From assembly GCA_964397205.1 (NCBI GenBank), contig CAYNIT010000001.1, positions 1-61,699 of the forward strand: a stretch of DNA of 61,699 nucleotides. The letters run 5' to 3'. Position 1 is the first letter of the stretch. Every line of letters begins with the position of its first letter. Below, in pieces: positions 20,821-30,837 of the stretch. The notes beneath the pieces are model-generated. The model did not search any database. It was given only the letters and a program-made list of their open reading frames with translations, and was not told the DNA's origin. The translations under genes and the position numbers were made by a program. This DNA is from an uncultured Phaeodactylibacter sp. GTDB lineage: Bacteria; Bacteroidota; Bacteroidia; Chitinophagales; Saprospiraceae.

Positions 20821-20910
20821 TATAGTCTGACAACATGAGATTTGTGAAAACCCGCCTGCCTTACCGGCAAGGTGGGCAGGTTTTCACAAATCTTGCGTTG
20901 TTAGACTATA
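20821..20910. repeat. 90-bp near-perfect palindrome, MITE-like
   Basis: TATAGTCTGACAACATGAGATTTGTGAAAACC...GGTTTTCACAAATCTTGCGTTGTTAGACTATA; TATA at both ends and a CCTGCC..GGCAGG core. Confidence 0.75.
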
Positions 20911-20942
20911 AAACATTCATTTTGCAACTCAATACCATAGCC

Positions 20943-22796
20943 ATGCTAATACTACCCTTGCTTTTGTCCTTGCTTTTCTCCAGTACCGCTGCCTCCGCAG
21001 ACGGCTGCCGCCTGCAGGATATCATCATAACGGATAAGTCGCTCTGCCGGGACAAAGGAACAATGGATTGGGAGGACGATGTCTTTTACGTAGACTTAGA
21101 GGTGCGGTTTCAATCTTTGCCAGAAAACGGCTTGTTGCGTGTGGATGGCCCGCTTTTTGTCAAAGCAGTGGAGGTACCGGTAGCGGAAATGGACCCGGCT
21201 TCCGGTACCTTTGCCGTCGAGGAGGTGTACTTGCGAGCGGGCGAACGCCGGGTGCCCATTGAGCTGCAGGCGTTTTTCTCCGCAGAACCGGATTGTATCG
21301 TCACTAAAAAAAGAGCCGGGGAGTCCCGCCGGCAGTGCTCGCTCTGCGTAGGGCCGCGCGGAACTACCGGCGGGCCGTACCCTCGCTGCTGGCCGGAAGA
21401 AGACGAACAAGACCCTTGCACGCAGTCGCTGAGTTATGCGCCGGATCCTGACTATCCTGAGCTTACGCCCTTGCGCTACATCAAGACGGTCATCCACGTT
21501 TTCCAAAAGGAGGATCCCGAGCGCCTCGGCCAGTACGCCCGCCACCCAGAGGACCCCGCCAATTTTACGGAAGAACATATTGACATTCTCCGCTCCTGGT
21601 TTACTGACTCCCTCGGCGCCAACTGGATTTTGAGCGAGCTATGCGATGACCCTACCGACGGCTCGCCCCACATGACGGATACCCGGATCCGTCTGCTCAA
21701 TACCGGCACCATCGGCAAAGATGTCTTCTTCCATCCTGACAACCGCGCCTGGGGTACGGGCTACGGCAGCTGTAAGGGGAGTTCGCGCTATTGGTACCGC
21801 ATGCGCCGAAAGTACGTCGAGCGCCCTGATACGGCCCATCCGGATTATGAAGCGCTGCGCCGTCCGGAGATGCAAAACGCCTTTCACGTATTCATCACCG
21901 CCGGCAGCTGGGCTCCCGAACCGCCCGGTGATCCCAGGGTACCGGACGACAATGACTGCTACTGGCCCTGCGCGGGAGGCATGACCTCCTCTATGGGTTG
22001 CAATGGCGGTGCCCCTCCTTCGCATCCCACTCAGGCTATCTTTGGCACCTACAATATATGGCTGCACGGCCACACCCCCGGCGTGCAGACTTGCGAACGG
22101 GACTATCCCGGCACAGATGCCGCGCTCGGCGGCGCTATGCTGGGGGAAGTTTTTCATGTGCTTACCCTGGATCACCTCTCTCCATTCCAGGCGCACAAGC
22201 GCAATTCGAAAGGCATAGATGGTTGCCTCGATACGCCTCCTTATTCCGAGTACAACCGGCTAGGCTGCGGCTATGGCACCCGCTGCGCGCTCACCGCTTG
22301 TCAGATCGGGCGGATGCACCACTTCTTTGCAGCGCTGCAGCCCGCATTCGAACGTTTTCCGGATGGCAGAGGGGGGTACAGCATGGAACGGCCGCGCTGT
22401 GCGGCAGTAGAACCTGACCTTCGCATTCCGGCGGGAGCGGATATCGTCTGGAGCGGCAATCGGATGCTGCGGTCGGGAATCGTGGTGGAGGCTGGGGCTC
22501 GTTTGGCCATCAACTGCGAGCTTGGCCTGCCCGGCGGCGCTTCCGTAGAGGTGAAGCCCGGCGGTGCTCTAGTGCTGAACGGGGCAAGGCTCTACACGCC
22601 CTGCCCGCAGGGCAAATGGCGAGGCATTACTGTGGGCGGGCAGCTCGAGATAGCCCCTGGCTCAACGGTGGAAAGCGCCGAGCGTTTGCAACTGCTGGAG
22701 GGAGGTGTGGCCAACGCTCGGCAGAGCCGGTTCATCAATTGCGGCATGGGGGAGGGCATGAATTACTGCGGCCGAGCGGGCAACACCTGCGATTAG
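20943..22796 (+). CDS. Secreted Cys-rich protein with a pappalysin/M43-like domain with an altered zinc motif
   Basis: Signal peptide from ATG 20943; IHVFQ, DTRIRL, GEVFHVLTLDH, DGCLDTP and TACQIGRMH motifs. Confidence 0.7.
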   Translation: MLILPLLLSLLFSSTAASADGCRLQDIIITDKSLCRDKGTMDWEDDVFYVDLEVRFQSLPENGLLRVDGPLFVKAVEVPVAEMDPASGTFAVEEVYLRAGERRVPIELQAFFSAEPDCIVTKKRAGESRRQCSLCVGPRGTTGGPYPRCWPEEDEQDPCTQSLSYAPDPDYPELTPLRYIKTVIHVFQKEDPERLGQYARHPEDPANFTEEHIDILRSWFTDSLGANWILSELCDDPTDGSPHMTDTRIRLLNTGTIGKDVFFHPDNRAWGTGYGSCKGSSRYWYRMRRKYVERPDTAHPDYEALRRPEMQNAFHVFITAGSWAPEPPGDPRVPDDNDCYWPCAGGMTSSMGCNGGAPPSHPTQAIFGTYNIWLHGHTPGVQTCERDYPGTDAALGGAMLGEVFHVLTLDHLSPFQAHKRNSKGIDGCLDTPPYSEYNRLGCGYGTRCALTACQIGRMHHFFAALQPAFERFPDGRGGYSMERPRCAAVEPDLRIPAGADIVWSGNRMLRSGIVVEAGARLAINCELGLPGGASVEVKPGGALVLNGARLYTPCPQGKWRGITVGGQLEIAPGSTVESAERLQLLEGGVANARQSRFINCGMGEGMNYCGRAGNTCD

Positions 22797-22877
22797 GCCT
22801 GAGCCAACAACCCTTTCAGGCCCAAGCCTGTTCTCTACGGGAACGGAAAAAACGGCTTTGCCAAAACGATATGCTTG

Positions 22878-23645
22878 ATGGTTGAACTCAACTACAAATC
22901 CCACGGGCAAGGGGAGCCCGTAATAGTGCTGCATGGTTTATTTGGTATGCTCGACAACTGGCAGACCGTCGGCAAAAAACTGGCGGAGCATCATACCGTA
23001 TACTTGCTGGACCAGCGCAACCATGGGCGTTCTCCTCAGCACGAGCGCATGACCTACGCAGATATGGCGGAGGACCTGCATCATTTTATGGAATCCCACT
23101 GGATGTTCAAAGCCCACATCATCGGCCATTCCATGGGGGGTAAAACTGCAATGCAGTTTGCCCGGCAGTACCCAGACATGGTAGACAAACTGGTAGTGGT
23201 AGACATCGCGCCTAAAGCCTACCGCGGGGGGCATGAGCGTATTTTCAAGGCGCTTCAGGAACTGGACCTTTCCCAATTGGAGCGCCGCAGCGATGCCGAC
23301 AAGGCGCTGGCGGATCACATCGACGAGCTTAGCATCCGCCAATTCCTGCTGAAAAACCTGAGCCGGCGCAAGGAGGGGGGATACCGTTGGAAGATGAACC
23401 TGGAGGCGCTTTGGAACCACTACGAAGACATCCTGGCTGAGCCCTCCGATGGGAAGGTATTCCAGGGAGACGCACTATTCATAAGGGGTGGCCGTTCTAG
23501 GTACATACGAGATGAGGACTGGCCGCTGATTCAGCAGCAGTTTCCCAACGCCCGCCTGGCTACAGTGGAAGAAGCGGGCCACTGGGTACACGCAGCAGCT
23601 CCTGATGAGCTGCTGCGGCTGGTAACGGATTTTTTCAAAACTTGA
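22878..23645 (+). CDS. ybfF: Alpha/beta hydrolase (YbfF-like esterase)
   Basis: HGLFG, DQRNHGRS, GHSMGG and AGHWVH motifs. Confidence 0.88.
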   Translation: MVELNYKSHGQGEPVIVLHGLFGMLDNWQTVGKKLAEHHTVYLLDQRNHGRSPQHERMTYADMAEDLHHFMESHWMFKAHIIGHSMGGKTAMQFARQYPDMVDKLVVVDIAPKAYRGGHERIFKALQELDLSQLERRSDADKALADHIDELSIRQFLLKNLSRRKEGGYRWKMNLEALWNHYEDILAEPSDGKVFQGDALFIRGGRSRYIRDEDWPLIQQQFPNARLATVEEAGHWVHAAAPDELLRLVTDFFKT

Positions 23646-23647
23646 CG

Positions 23648-24781
23648 ATGGCAGGCATCTATTTCCATATTCCATTCTGCAAGCAAGCCTGTTACTACTG
23701 CAATTTCCATTTCTCGACTTCTATGAAGTACAAGTCGGAAATGGTAGAGGCTATGTTGCGGGAGCTGGACTGGAGGCAGCGCTATCTGCGAGAGGAAGAA
23801 CTGAGCAGCCTTTACTTCGGAGGAGGGACTCCAAGCTTGCTGGAAGAAGGAGAGCTAATGGCCTTATTCGATGCCGTGCATCGGTACTTCCGGCTTGCTT
23901 CCGATGCGGAAATCACCCTGGAAGCCAACCCAGATGACCTGCATCCAGAAAAACTAGCGGCGCTCCGCCGCAGCCCCGTCAACCGGCTCAGCATCGGGGT
24001 ACAATCTTTCTCTGAGGAGGACCTGCGCTTTTTCAATCGCGCCCACAACGCCCGGGAAGCCAGAGAATGCCTGGAGCGCGCCCGTGCCGCTGGTTTTGAA
24101 AACCTTACAATTGACCTGATCTACGGTGCGCCCACTACCAGCGATGCTCAATGGCTGAAAAACTTGCGGATGGCATTTGAATCCAACATTCCTCATCTTT
24201 CCTGCTACGCTCTTACCGTGGAGCCCAAGACTGCCCTGGAGCATTTCATCCGCAAGGGCAAAGTTCCCCCGATCGAAGAAGAGCAGGCTGCCCGGCAATT
24301 TGAACTGCTCAGGGAAGCTACCGCCGCCGCTGGTTACGAGCAGTATGAGATTTCCAATTTTGCCTGGCCAGGACGCTACGCGCGCCACAATTCCAGCTAC
24401 TGGAGCGGAGAAGCTTACCTGGGCATTGGACCCTCGGCACACAGCTACGATGGGCACAGCCGACAGTGGAATGTAGCCAACAACGCCAAGTACCTGAGGG
24501 CTCTATCCGGTACAAAGCTGGAAGCAACGCAGCTTTACGAGCGCGAAGAACTACAGCCCTCCGACCGCTACAATGAGTATGTGATGACTGGCCTGCGGAC
24601 GATCTGGGGGGTTGAATTGAAAAAAGTACGCGCTCTGGGCCCGGATTTTGAACAGCACTTGCGCACCGCCGCCCAACCTTTCCTGGAGGAAGGGCAATTG
24701 GTACAGCAAAAAGGTGCTTATCAACTTGCCCCTCAAGCACGTTTTCTGGCGGATGGCATTGCCGCTGCCTTATTTTGGTAA
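23648..24781 (+). CDS. hemW: Radical SAM heme chaperone HemW
   Basis: YFHIPFCKQACYYCNF, GGGTPS, YEISNF and HNSSYW motifs. Confidence 0.93.
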   Translation: MAGIYFHIPFCKQACYYCNFHFSTSMKYKSEMVEAMLRELDWRQRYLREEELSSLYFGGGTPSLLEEGELMALFDAVHRYFRLASDAEITLEANPDDLHPEKLAALRRSPVNRLSIGVQSFSEEDLRFFNRAHNAREARECLERARAAGFENLTIDLIYGAPTTSDAQWLKNLRMAFESNIPHLSCYALTVEPKTALEHFIRKGKVPPIEEEQAARQFELLREATAAAGYEQYEISNFAWPGRYARHNSSYWSGEAYLGIGPSAHSYDGHSRQWNVANNAKYLRALSGTKLEATQLYEREELQPSDRYNEYVMTGLRTIWGVELKKVRALGPDFEQHLRTAAQPFLEEGQLVQQKGAYQLAPQARFLADGIAAALFW

Positions 24782-24797
24782 CAATCATTTTTCCGTT

Positions 24798-27104
24798 ATG
24801 GACGCTTTTCTTCGAATGCTGCTGTTTTTCCTCTGTTTTGCCAACTTCGGCCATGCCCAACTGGCCTGGCTCAACCCAGAGCTGCACCAGGAGGCGTACA
24901 CCTACACCCGGAGCATTCAGGTGGCTCGGCCTCTTGGCAATTGGGCTTTCGAGCAACACAAGCCATTGGAATTCGGTGTCGGAAGGTGGAACCAAGCGAT
25001 GGAGCGGCGCCTTTTTGATGAGCAAGGCAGGCTGAAGGAAGTTTGGCACTACCAGCTAGAGGGCCACGGCCGGCTGCACCGCATTCAAAGAGTGAATCTG
25101 CCCGAGGGCGATACCATTTCCTACCGATACGAGTATTCCGACGATGGGCTCCTCTCCCAGGTAACTGAAAAGCAGCCGGGCCGGCTTTTTTCGTACGCAT
25201 TTCGGTACCGCGCTTCTGCTGAATTGGAGCAAAACCCAGAAGGGATACCGCACTGGCCGGCACGATCCGGGGGTAAGGATACTGTGCTGGTACAATCGGA
25301 GCTGGGCAGGGCCCACTGGCTGATCCGGAGCAAGGCAGGGCGGTTAATTGAATACCTGCAAAAGGACAGCTCCGGCGCCATTCTTCAGCACTGGCACTAC
25401 CGCTACCAAGTAGAAAAGGGCGGCTCTCGGATCAAGCGGTTGGGCACCAACCAGCTTACGGGCCAGCAAGTGCTTACGGAGCGGCTTTTAGCGAATGAAG
25501 GGGAAGCGGGGCGCCCGCCGGAGCTGCGCGAAGCACGCTGGTGGGCGGATTGGGGAGCCGGAACATCGTACTTTTTGCGTCCGAACGGCCAACTAGCTGC
25601 ACTAATGCCAGGCGATGCCTCGGAGCCTGTATTCGGAGAGTGGGAAGAACGCTCCGGCCGCTTAGTACTCAAGCCGAAGAACCGCCGGGAGGCACTGGCA
25701 TACGCCCTCGAGCCAGATGGCCCAGCTTGGCAGTTGAATGGCCAGGACGAAAGCAGGGTATGGCTGCCACAATCCTTTCTGGGGCCACTGAGCCGGCAGC
25801 ATGCCGAGTTAGAGGCCCGAATGAAGCGTTCTGATTGGAAAGCCTACGAGGAGCAGGGCCGTTGGGGGCTTCGCCATCGCTTAGACGGCCGCACTTTGCC
25901 CGCCCGCTACGATGCCGCCGCCCCCTTTGGCCCATCCTGCGCCATCGTACGCTTGGAAGGGTTAGAGGGGCTTGTGCATTACAACGGGCAGGAGATCACC
26001 CCCATCTACTACCAGGAACTTAAGGAAGCGGGCGGGAGCCGCCTTATCGCCTACAAAGAAGGCCGCGCTGGTATGATCAATACACAGGGGGACACCCTGC
26101 TGCCCTTTGAATTTGACCGCTTGCACCAACTGCAAGATGGGCGGCTGAAAGCCGTCAAGGAGGGAAAGATGGGCCTGCTTGACGAGAGCGGGGAGCTTGT
26201 CATTCCTTTCCGCTTCGACACCATCGGCCTCATCCGGGAAGGGCGGGCAATTGCCTGGCAAGACGGGCAGCCCGGGATCATTGACAGCAGTGGGCAGTGG
26301 TTGTTGGAAGCAGGGCAGTATGCAGCCATAGCGCCGGCGGGTAGCGGGCACTTTTTGGTCCGTGACTTTTCCGGGCAGTGGGGCGCGGTGGATCAGCATG
26401 GAGAGGCGGTCGTTCCGCTTCAGTACCAACACCTTCGTTTTGTAGAACCTTTCTTCTTCCTCGGCCAGCAGCAGGGCGAGTTCGGCCTATTCCGCTCCGA
26501 TGGCGCAGCGCTTACTCCGTTCTACTACCGCAGCCTGAAAGTTTGCGATGAACGGGCAAGCGGCGATCTCTGCCACAACCTTAGGCAGCAGAAGGCACTC
26601 GCCCAGTTTATTTCTAGCCAGGGCTTCGGGTATTTGGACGGCTACGGCCGCGAACACGCGCCTGCGCTGCCCGACAGCAGCCGCTTGGCTGCCGAATACG
26701 AACGCGTTCAGGCCTCGGAGGAGTTGGCTTTTACCTTTCCTAAAGCCAAATGGCGGTTCGAGCCTAGCGTGCAGCGGCTGTACAAACAAGGAGATTATGG
26801 CAGGGTGCGGATACGGTACGAAACCATTGACCTGGGAGCGCAAAGCCCGGAAACCTGGCTCGAGGCAGAACTGTCGGCAGCGCAATTCAGGCGTTTGCAG
26901 CGAGATTCCCTGAACCGCCTGCCGGCCTACTATTACGTAGGCAAAGAACGGGTGCGCTACTATGATTTTTATAAAAAGCACTGGTGGGTGCCTCTTTCGG
27001 CAGGACAGTTGCTGCACCTCTCTTTTTCTTGCAAGGAGGACAATTACCTGGAGAACGCTCAGGATTTGTACGAAATTGAGCGGTTGCTTTCAATTGCTCC
27101 CTGA
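24798..27104 (+). CDS. Secreted WG-repeat protein with an N-terminal YD-like region
   Basis: Signal peptide; repeated G.(W/M)G.ID..G..VIP..Y/FD units in the C-terminal half. Confidence 0.8.
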   Translation: MDAFLRMLLFFLCFANFGHAQLAWLNPELHQEAYTYTRSIQVARPLGNWAFEQHKPLEFGVGRWNQAMERRLFDEQGRLKEVWHYQLEGHGRLHRIQRVNLPEGDTISYRYEYSDDGLLSQVTEKQPGRLFSYAFRYRASAELEQNPEGIPHWPARSGGKDTVLVQSELGRAHWLIRSKAGRLIEYLQKDSSGAILQHWHYRYQVEKGGSRIKRLGTNQLTGQQVLTERLLANEGEAGRPPELREARWWADWGAGTSYFLRPNGQLAALMPGDASEPVFGEWEERSGRLVLKPKNRREALAYALEPDGPAWQLNGQDESRVWLPQSFLGPLSRQHAELEARMKRSDWKAYEEQGRWGLRHRLDGRTLPARYDAAAPFGPSCAIVRLEGLEGLVHYNGQEITPIYYQELKEAGGSRLIAYKEGRAGMINTQGDTLLPFEFDRLHQLQDGRLKAVKEGKMGLLDESGELVIPFRFDTIGLIREGRAIAWQDGQPGIIDSSGQWLLEAGQYAAIAPAGSGHFLVRDFSGQWGAVDQHGEAVVPLQYQHLRFVEPFFFLGQQQGEFGLFRSDGAALTPFYYRSLKVCDERASGDLCHNLRQQKALAQFISSQGFGYLDGYGREHAPALPDSSRLAAEYERVQASEELAFTFPKAKWRFEPSVQRLYKQGDYGRVRIRYETIDLGAQSPETWLEAELSAAQFRRLQRDSLNRLPAYYYVGKERVRYYDFYKKHWWVPLSAGQLLHLSFSCKEDNYLENAQDLYEIERLLSIAP

Positions 27105-27229
27105 TTTTCTTAGTTTTACCACGAATTCAATCAACGGCCTTGCTTCTTGTCGGCGGCGTTACGCTTGCATTCCCCCACGCGTTTCGGAGAGGGTTCGGTT
27201 TGACTAGACAAATTGCTAAATCAACACCT

Positions 27230-28888
27230 ATGATCAAAACTTATCCAATTACACTACTGGTTCTTTTGTTGTGCGGCCTCCTCTCTGCTCAGGAACGCAG
27301 CTTGGAAGCAGTGTTGCAAGACATACAAGAGCAAATAGGAGAAGTACAGTTCAAGAAAGAAACCTACCTGCAAACCTTTTCCTACGAAGAAAGTGCGCCC
27401 TACCGGGCAAGCTTGACCATTGAGGAAGTAGACTCTAGAGGGCGTTCTGAGACTCAACGGTTCTTGTTCAACCTTTCCTTCCTCGATGAGAACCTGGTGC
27501 GCTGGGAAAGCAGCCGGGACGAGATGCAGGTGCAGCTCCGTTCGGGTAGAGATGAGGTCTTCAAAGTGTACGAAGATGGGGAACTAGACGGCTACGAAGA
27601 GGAGGCCGTGCTCTATAGCCCTAATGTGGATAAAGCACGGGCTTTGGAGCGCCTGTTCCGCGAAGCTATTCCCCTAGCTGAAAAAGCCTGGGAAAAAGAC
27701 GCTGCTTTGCCGGAAGATTTCACTGGCTTGCGGCAGTGGCTGGCCGAAGAGGTAGGAGATGTGGCTATGGAGCAGGAGGGGTTTCGGCAAAAGCTGGCCC
27801 AGGAGGAAGGCAGCCCTGGCAGAATGCAATTGCGCTCTATAGCGTACAGCGAGGATGGTGTTGAAGGCGAAGTACGATATGTGTTCGGGCTGGAAGATTT
27901 GCTGGTCAACAGCATCCGGGCGGCAACCAAGGGCAAAACCGCCTTTGTGGAGTTGGAAATCAAAAGAGGGGACGACTTCATTGAGGTAATGGAAGAAGGC
28001 GAACTCGAATACGAAGATGATCTCAAAATATACGGCCAAGACTTTGAGCAGGCCCAGCGCTTAGCCTACGCGTTGCGAGCCATTGTGGAGCCTGCTGAAG
28101 CAGCGGCCGAAGCAGCGATGCCCCAGCCACAAGGCCAATCAGCGATTCTGAAGGCCCTTTCGGGTGCCGTGAAAAGCTTCAGCCGCCCCGAAGAGCAGGT
28201 AACCCAAGCATTAGAACCTGCCTGCCTGACAGCTTATACCCGGGCTGTTTTGGACGATGATGAGGAAGAGCGGGCTCGCTACGAGCTGGACTTGGGAGAC
28301 CTTAACCCCAAAACGGTGAAAATCGATGTATCTCGGGCTGATATTCAGGTGGAAGCTGAGATCATTAATGGCAAAGATTACATACTGCCCTACGACAACG
28401 GAGAACAGGAAAACTACGATGATGAGCTGGCGATTGGGGCGGCTTCTATACCCAATGCCAAAGAATTGGCCTACCTGCTGGCCGAGGCAGCTAAGGCCTG
28501 CCGCACTGAGTTGCCCCCGAAGGGCCTGCCGTGGCTATCGAATACTTTAGAAACAGCCGAGCTCCCGGGGGAAGACGTAATCTTGCAGGAAATCGGCATG
28601 CAGGAGGATGACCCCTGCAAGCTGCGTTTTAAACGGCAGGAGGACGATGAAGAAGAGCTCTTCGAGTTCAATGCCTATGACATGGATGCCGCAGGTATGG
28701 AGTTGGAGGTGAAAAGAGACGAGGTCAGCCTCCTTATGCCCACCCTCCGGAGCGAAAAAACAATCAATCTTTACATCGACGGGGGCGAACTGGAGTTTAC
28801 AGACGAAGTCAGCCTGATGCTGCCGGATATTCCCACGGCTAAGCAAGCGAAGGCTACAATGGCTAGTATAGTAGAGGGCTGTCAATGA
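27230..28888 (+). CDS. Secreted acidic protein of four tandem ~130-aa repeats
   Basis: Signal peptide MIKTYP...LSAQ; internal repeats visible by eye. Confidence 0.8.
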   Translation: MIKTYPITLLVLLLCGLLSAQERSLEAVLQDIQEQIGEVQFKKETYLQTFSYEESAPYRASLTIEEVDSRGRSETQRFLFNLSFLDENLVRWESSRDEMQVQLRSGRDEVFKVYEDGELDGYEEEAVLYSPNVDKARALERLFREAIPLAEKAWEKDAALPEDFTGLRQWLAEEVGDVAMEQEGFRQKLAQEEGSPGRMQLRSIAYSEDGVEGEVRYVFGLEDLLVNSIRAATKGKTAFVELEIKRGDDFIEVMEEGELEYEDDLKIYGQDFEQAQRLAYALRAIVEPAEAAAEAAMPQPQGQSAILKALSGAVKSFSRPEEQVTQALEPACLTAYTRAVLDDDEEERARYELDLGDLNPKTVKIDVSRADIQVEAEIINGKDYILPYDNGEQENYDDELAIGAASIPNAKELAYLLAEAAKACRTELPPKGLPWLSNTLETAELPGEDVILQEIGMQEDDPCKLRFKRQEDDEEELFEFNAYDMDAAGMELEVKRDEVSLLMPTLRSEKTINLYIDGGELEFTDEVSLMLPDIPTAKQAKATMASIVEGCQ

Positions 28889-28941
28889 GGCCCGATCTTA
28901 GAGTTATAGGGCAAATCATACTCCCGCAAGGCTTTCAGCTT

Positions 28942-30837
28942 TTACGGTGTAGTGGTTTTTGTCTCAAGCAGCTTGTTGCGAAGGTAGGTTTCCAGAAGCT
29001 CCTCTTTTTCGATGCTGAGCTGGTCTCTTAAGCGATAGCGAGCCATCTCTACCGCTTTAACCGAAACGGCAAGCAGCTCCGCTACCTCCTTATTGCTGAG
29101 CCCGAGAGCTACCAGCATGGCGTAGCGCAGCTGTCTCGGCGTCAGGCTGGGGGATTGCTGTAGCAACTTTCGGGAAAAATCGGGATAAAAGAGCTCGAAC
29201 TCTTCTTCGAACCGCTCGAGAATATTATACTCAGCAAAAAATTGGTGGACTTTGCGTTCCAGGTAGCTGGGGCGCTTGTGATAGTGCCGGATAGCCTCTT
29301 TTATCTGGGGCCGCAGCCTAGCTGCCCACAGGCTTTTGTCCAATACTGTATTTTTCTGATACTCCAATTGCCGCTCGATCGATCGTTTTTCCTGAGATAG
29401 GCGCTGGTTGCGCTCCTCCGCTGCTTCTTGCTGGGATTGGCTTTGTTTTCGGAACTGCCAATAGCTGAATGCTATCAATGATGCGATTACGATGGCCAAA
29501 ACTGCCAGCAGGCTGTACTGCATCTGTCGGCGTTCTGCCATCTCTGCCCGGATCAGCGCCAGTTTCTTCTGGTTTTCTGCCGTTTGCCTTCGGCGCCGGT
29601 TCTCCTCCAGGTCGTAAATAGCAGCCATATCTTCGATGGTTCGTTCTCGCTCCAATTGATGTGCTTCTTTTAAGGCATCATTGTAAAGTTGGAGATAGTA
29701 AGCTGCTTTTTGATGATTGGCCTTTTGAGCGTACAAGTCAGCGAGGGCCTCATAAAATCGGCCTCTATCTCCCGGCAGCGAATCTCCGGGGAGCCTGCTG
29801 AGCCCAGTTTGGTATATTTTCGCTATCGCCTGCGGCGGCGATCCAATCAACCGCGCGTAGCGGCCTTTGTAGAGAAAAAAAGAGCTTGGCAAACGGCTCT
29901 CGGTTGCCATGTAATGCTGCCGTATGGTGTCGAGCAGCGGTTTGATTTTCTCCGCTTCTTCTTTTTCCAGATATAGATCAATCAGGAATAGATAGAGCTC
30001 CTCCTGATTGTAATCGAAGTTGAGCGGGCCCTTTGTGCTTTTGAGGAGATGCGTTTCCGCTTTTTCCAACCAGCCCAGCTTCAAGTAGGCATTGCCGAGG
30101 TTGCCATGGGCCAGTCGGCTCAAATAGGGCCACTGCAAAGCTTGGGCACTGTCAACGAGCGGCTTGAAGATCTCAACGGCTCGTTTGTACTGCCCACGGC
30201 TGACGTGGATGGTTCCGATATTATGCCGAATCAGGCACCTCCGCCCCGAAGCGTCAAATAAGGTATCCTGCAAAGCGGCTTCGTAAGCCTCGCGAAAACA
30301 CTTCATGGCATTGCTATACAGCTCCTGCTCCAGGTAAGCTACGCCAAGATTGGTCAGTAAGTTGGCTTTTTGGTGGGGCTGGCCTTCCCACCGAATGGCA
30401 TCAAGAGCCCGTTTGAAGAGCTCAATAGATTCTTTAAGTTTTCTTTGCTGCAGTTTTATATTGCCTAGGGAGCCCAAGTCATCGGATAGCTTGGATGAGT
30501 CTTGCAGTATAGAGTCCTGCTTTAAGGCTTTGTGCAAATAGTATTTGGCAGAATCGAATTGCCCCTTCTGTATGTAGAGCTGAGCCCTGAAGTTATAGTA
30601 CAATTGCTTATGAGCAGCAGCGTCAAGATGATGCTGCTCGTAGTGGTTCTGCAGGCAATTCACTTGGGCTGAACCCGTTCGCCGAAGCTTATAAAGCTTC
30701 ATGATGATCTGCTCCGCGCTCCAGTTGTTGACCGCGCTTTCTCTCAGCCATTTCTTGCAGTTTCCATCAGAGGTCCTGGCGTTCTGCGGCACCAGAAAAA
30801 GGCAGCAGAGCGCTGCTAGTAGTTTGTGTTTACTCAT
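28942..30837 (-). CDS. Transmembrane one-component regulator: periplasmic TPRs, TM, coiled coil, LuxR-type HTH
   Basis: TPR consensus (NLGVAY, NIGTIH, NLGNAY), TM YSLLAVLAIVIASLIAFSY, and LTPRQLRY..GLSNKEVAELL..SVKAVEMARYRLR. Confidence 0.9.
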   Translation of the reverse strand: MSKHKLLAALCCLFLVPQNARTSDGNCKKWLRESAVNNWSAEQIIMKLYKLRRTGSAQVNCLQNHYEQHHLDAAAHKQLYYNFRAQLYIQKGQFDSAKYYLHKALKQDSILQDSSKLSDDLGSLGNIKLQQRKLKESIELFKRALDAIRWEGQPHQKANLLTNLGVAYLEQELYSNAMKCFREAYEAALQDTLFDASGRRCLIRHNIGTIHVSRGQYKRAVEIFKPLVDSAQALQWPYLSRLAHGNLGNAYLKLGWLEKAETHLLKSTKGPLNFDYNQEELYLFLIDLYLEKEEAEKIKPLLDTIRQHYMATESRLPSSFFLYKGRYARLIGSPPQAIAKIYQTGLSRLPGDSLPGDRGRFYEALADLYAQKANHQKAAYYLQLYNDALKEAHQLERERTIEDMAAIYDLEENRRRRQTAENQKKLALIRAEMAERRQMQYSLLAVLAIVIASLIAFSYWQFRKQSQSQQEAAEERNQRLSQEKRSIERQLEYQKNTVLDKSLWAARLRPQIKEAIRHYHKRPSYLERKVHQFFAEYNILERFEEEFELFYPDFSRKLLQQSPSLTPRQLRYAMLVALGLSNKEVAELLAVSVKAVEMARYRLRDQLSIEKEELLETYLRNKLLETKTTTP

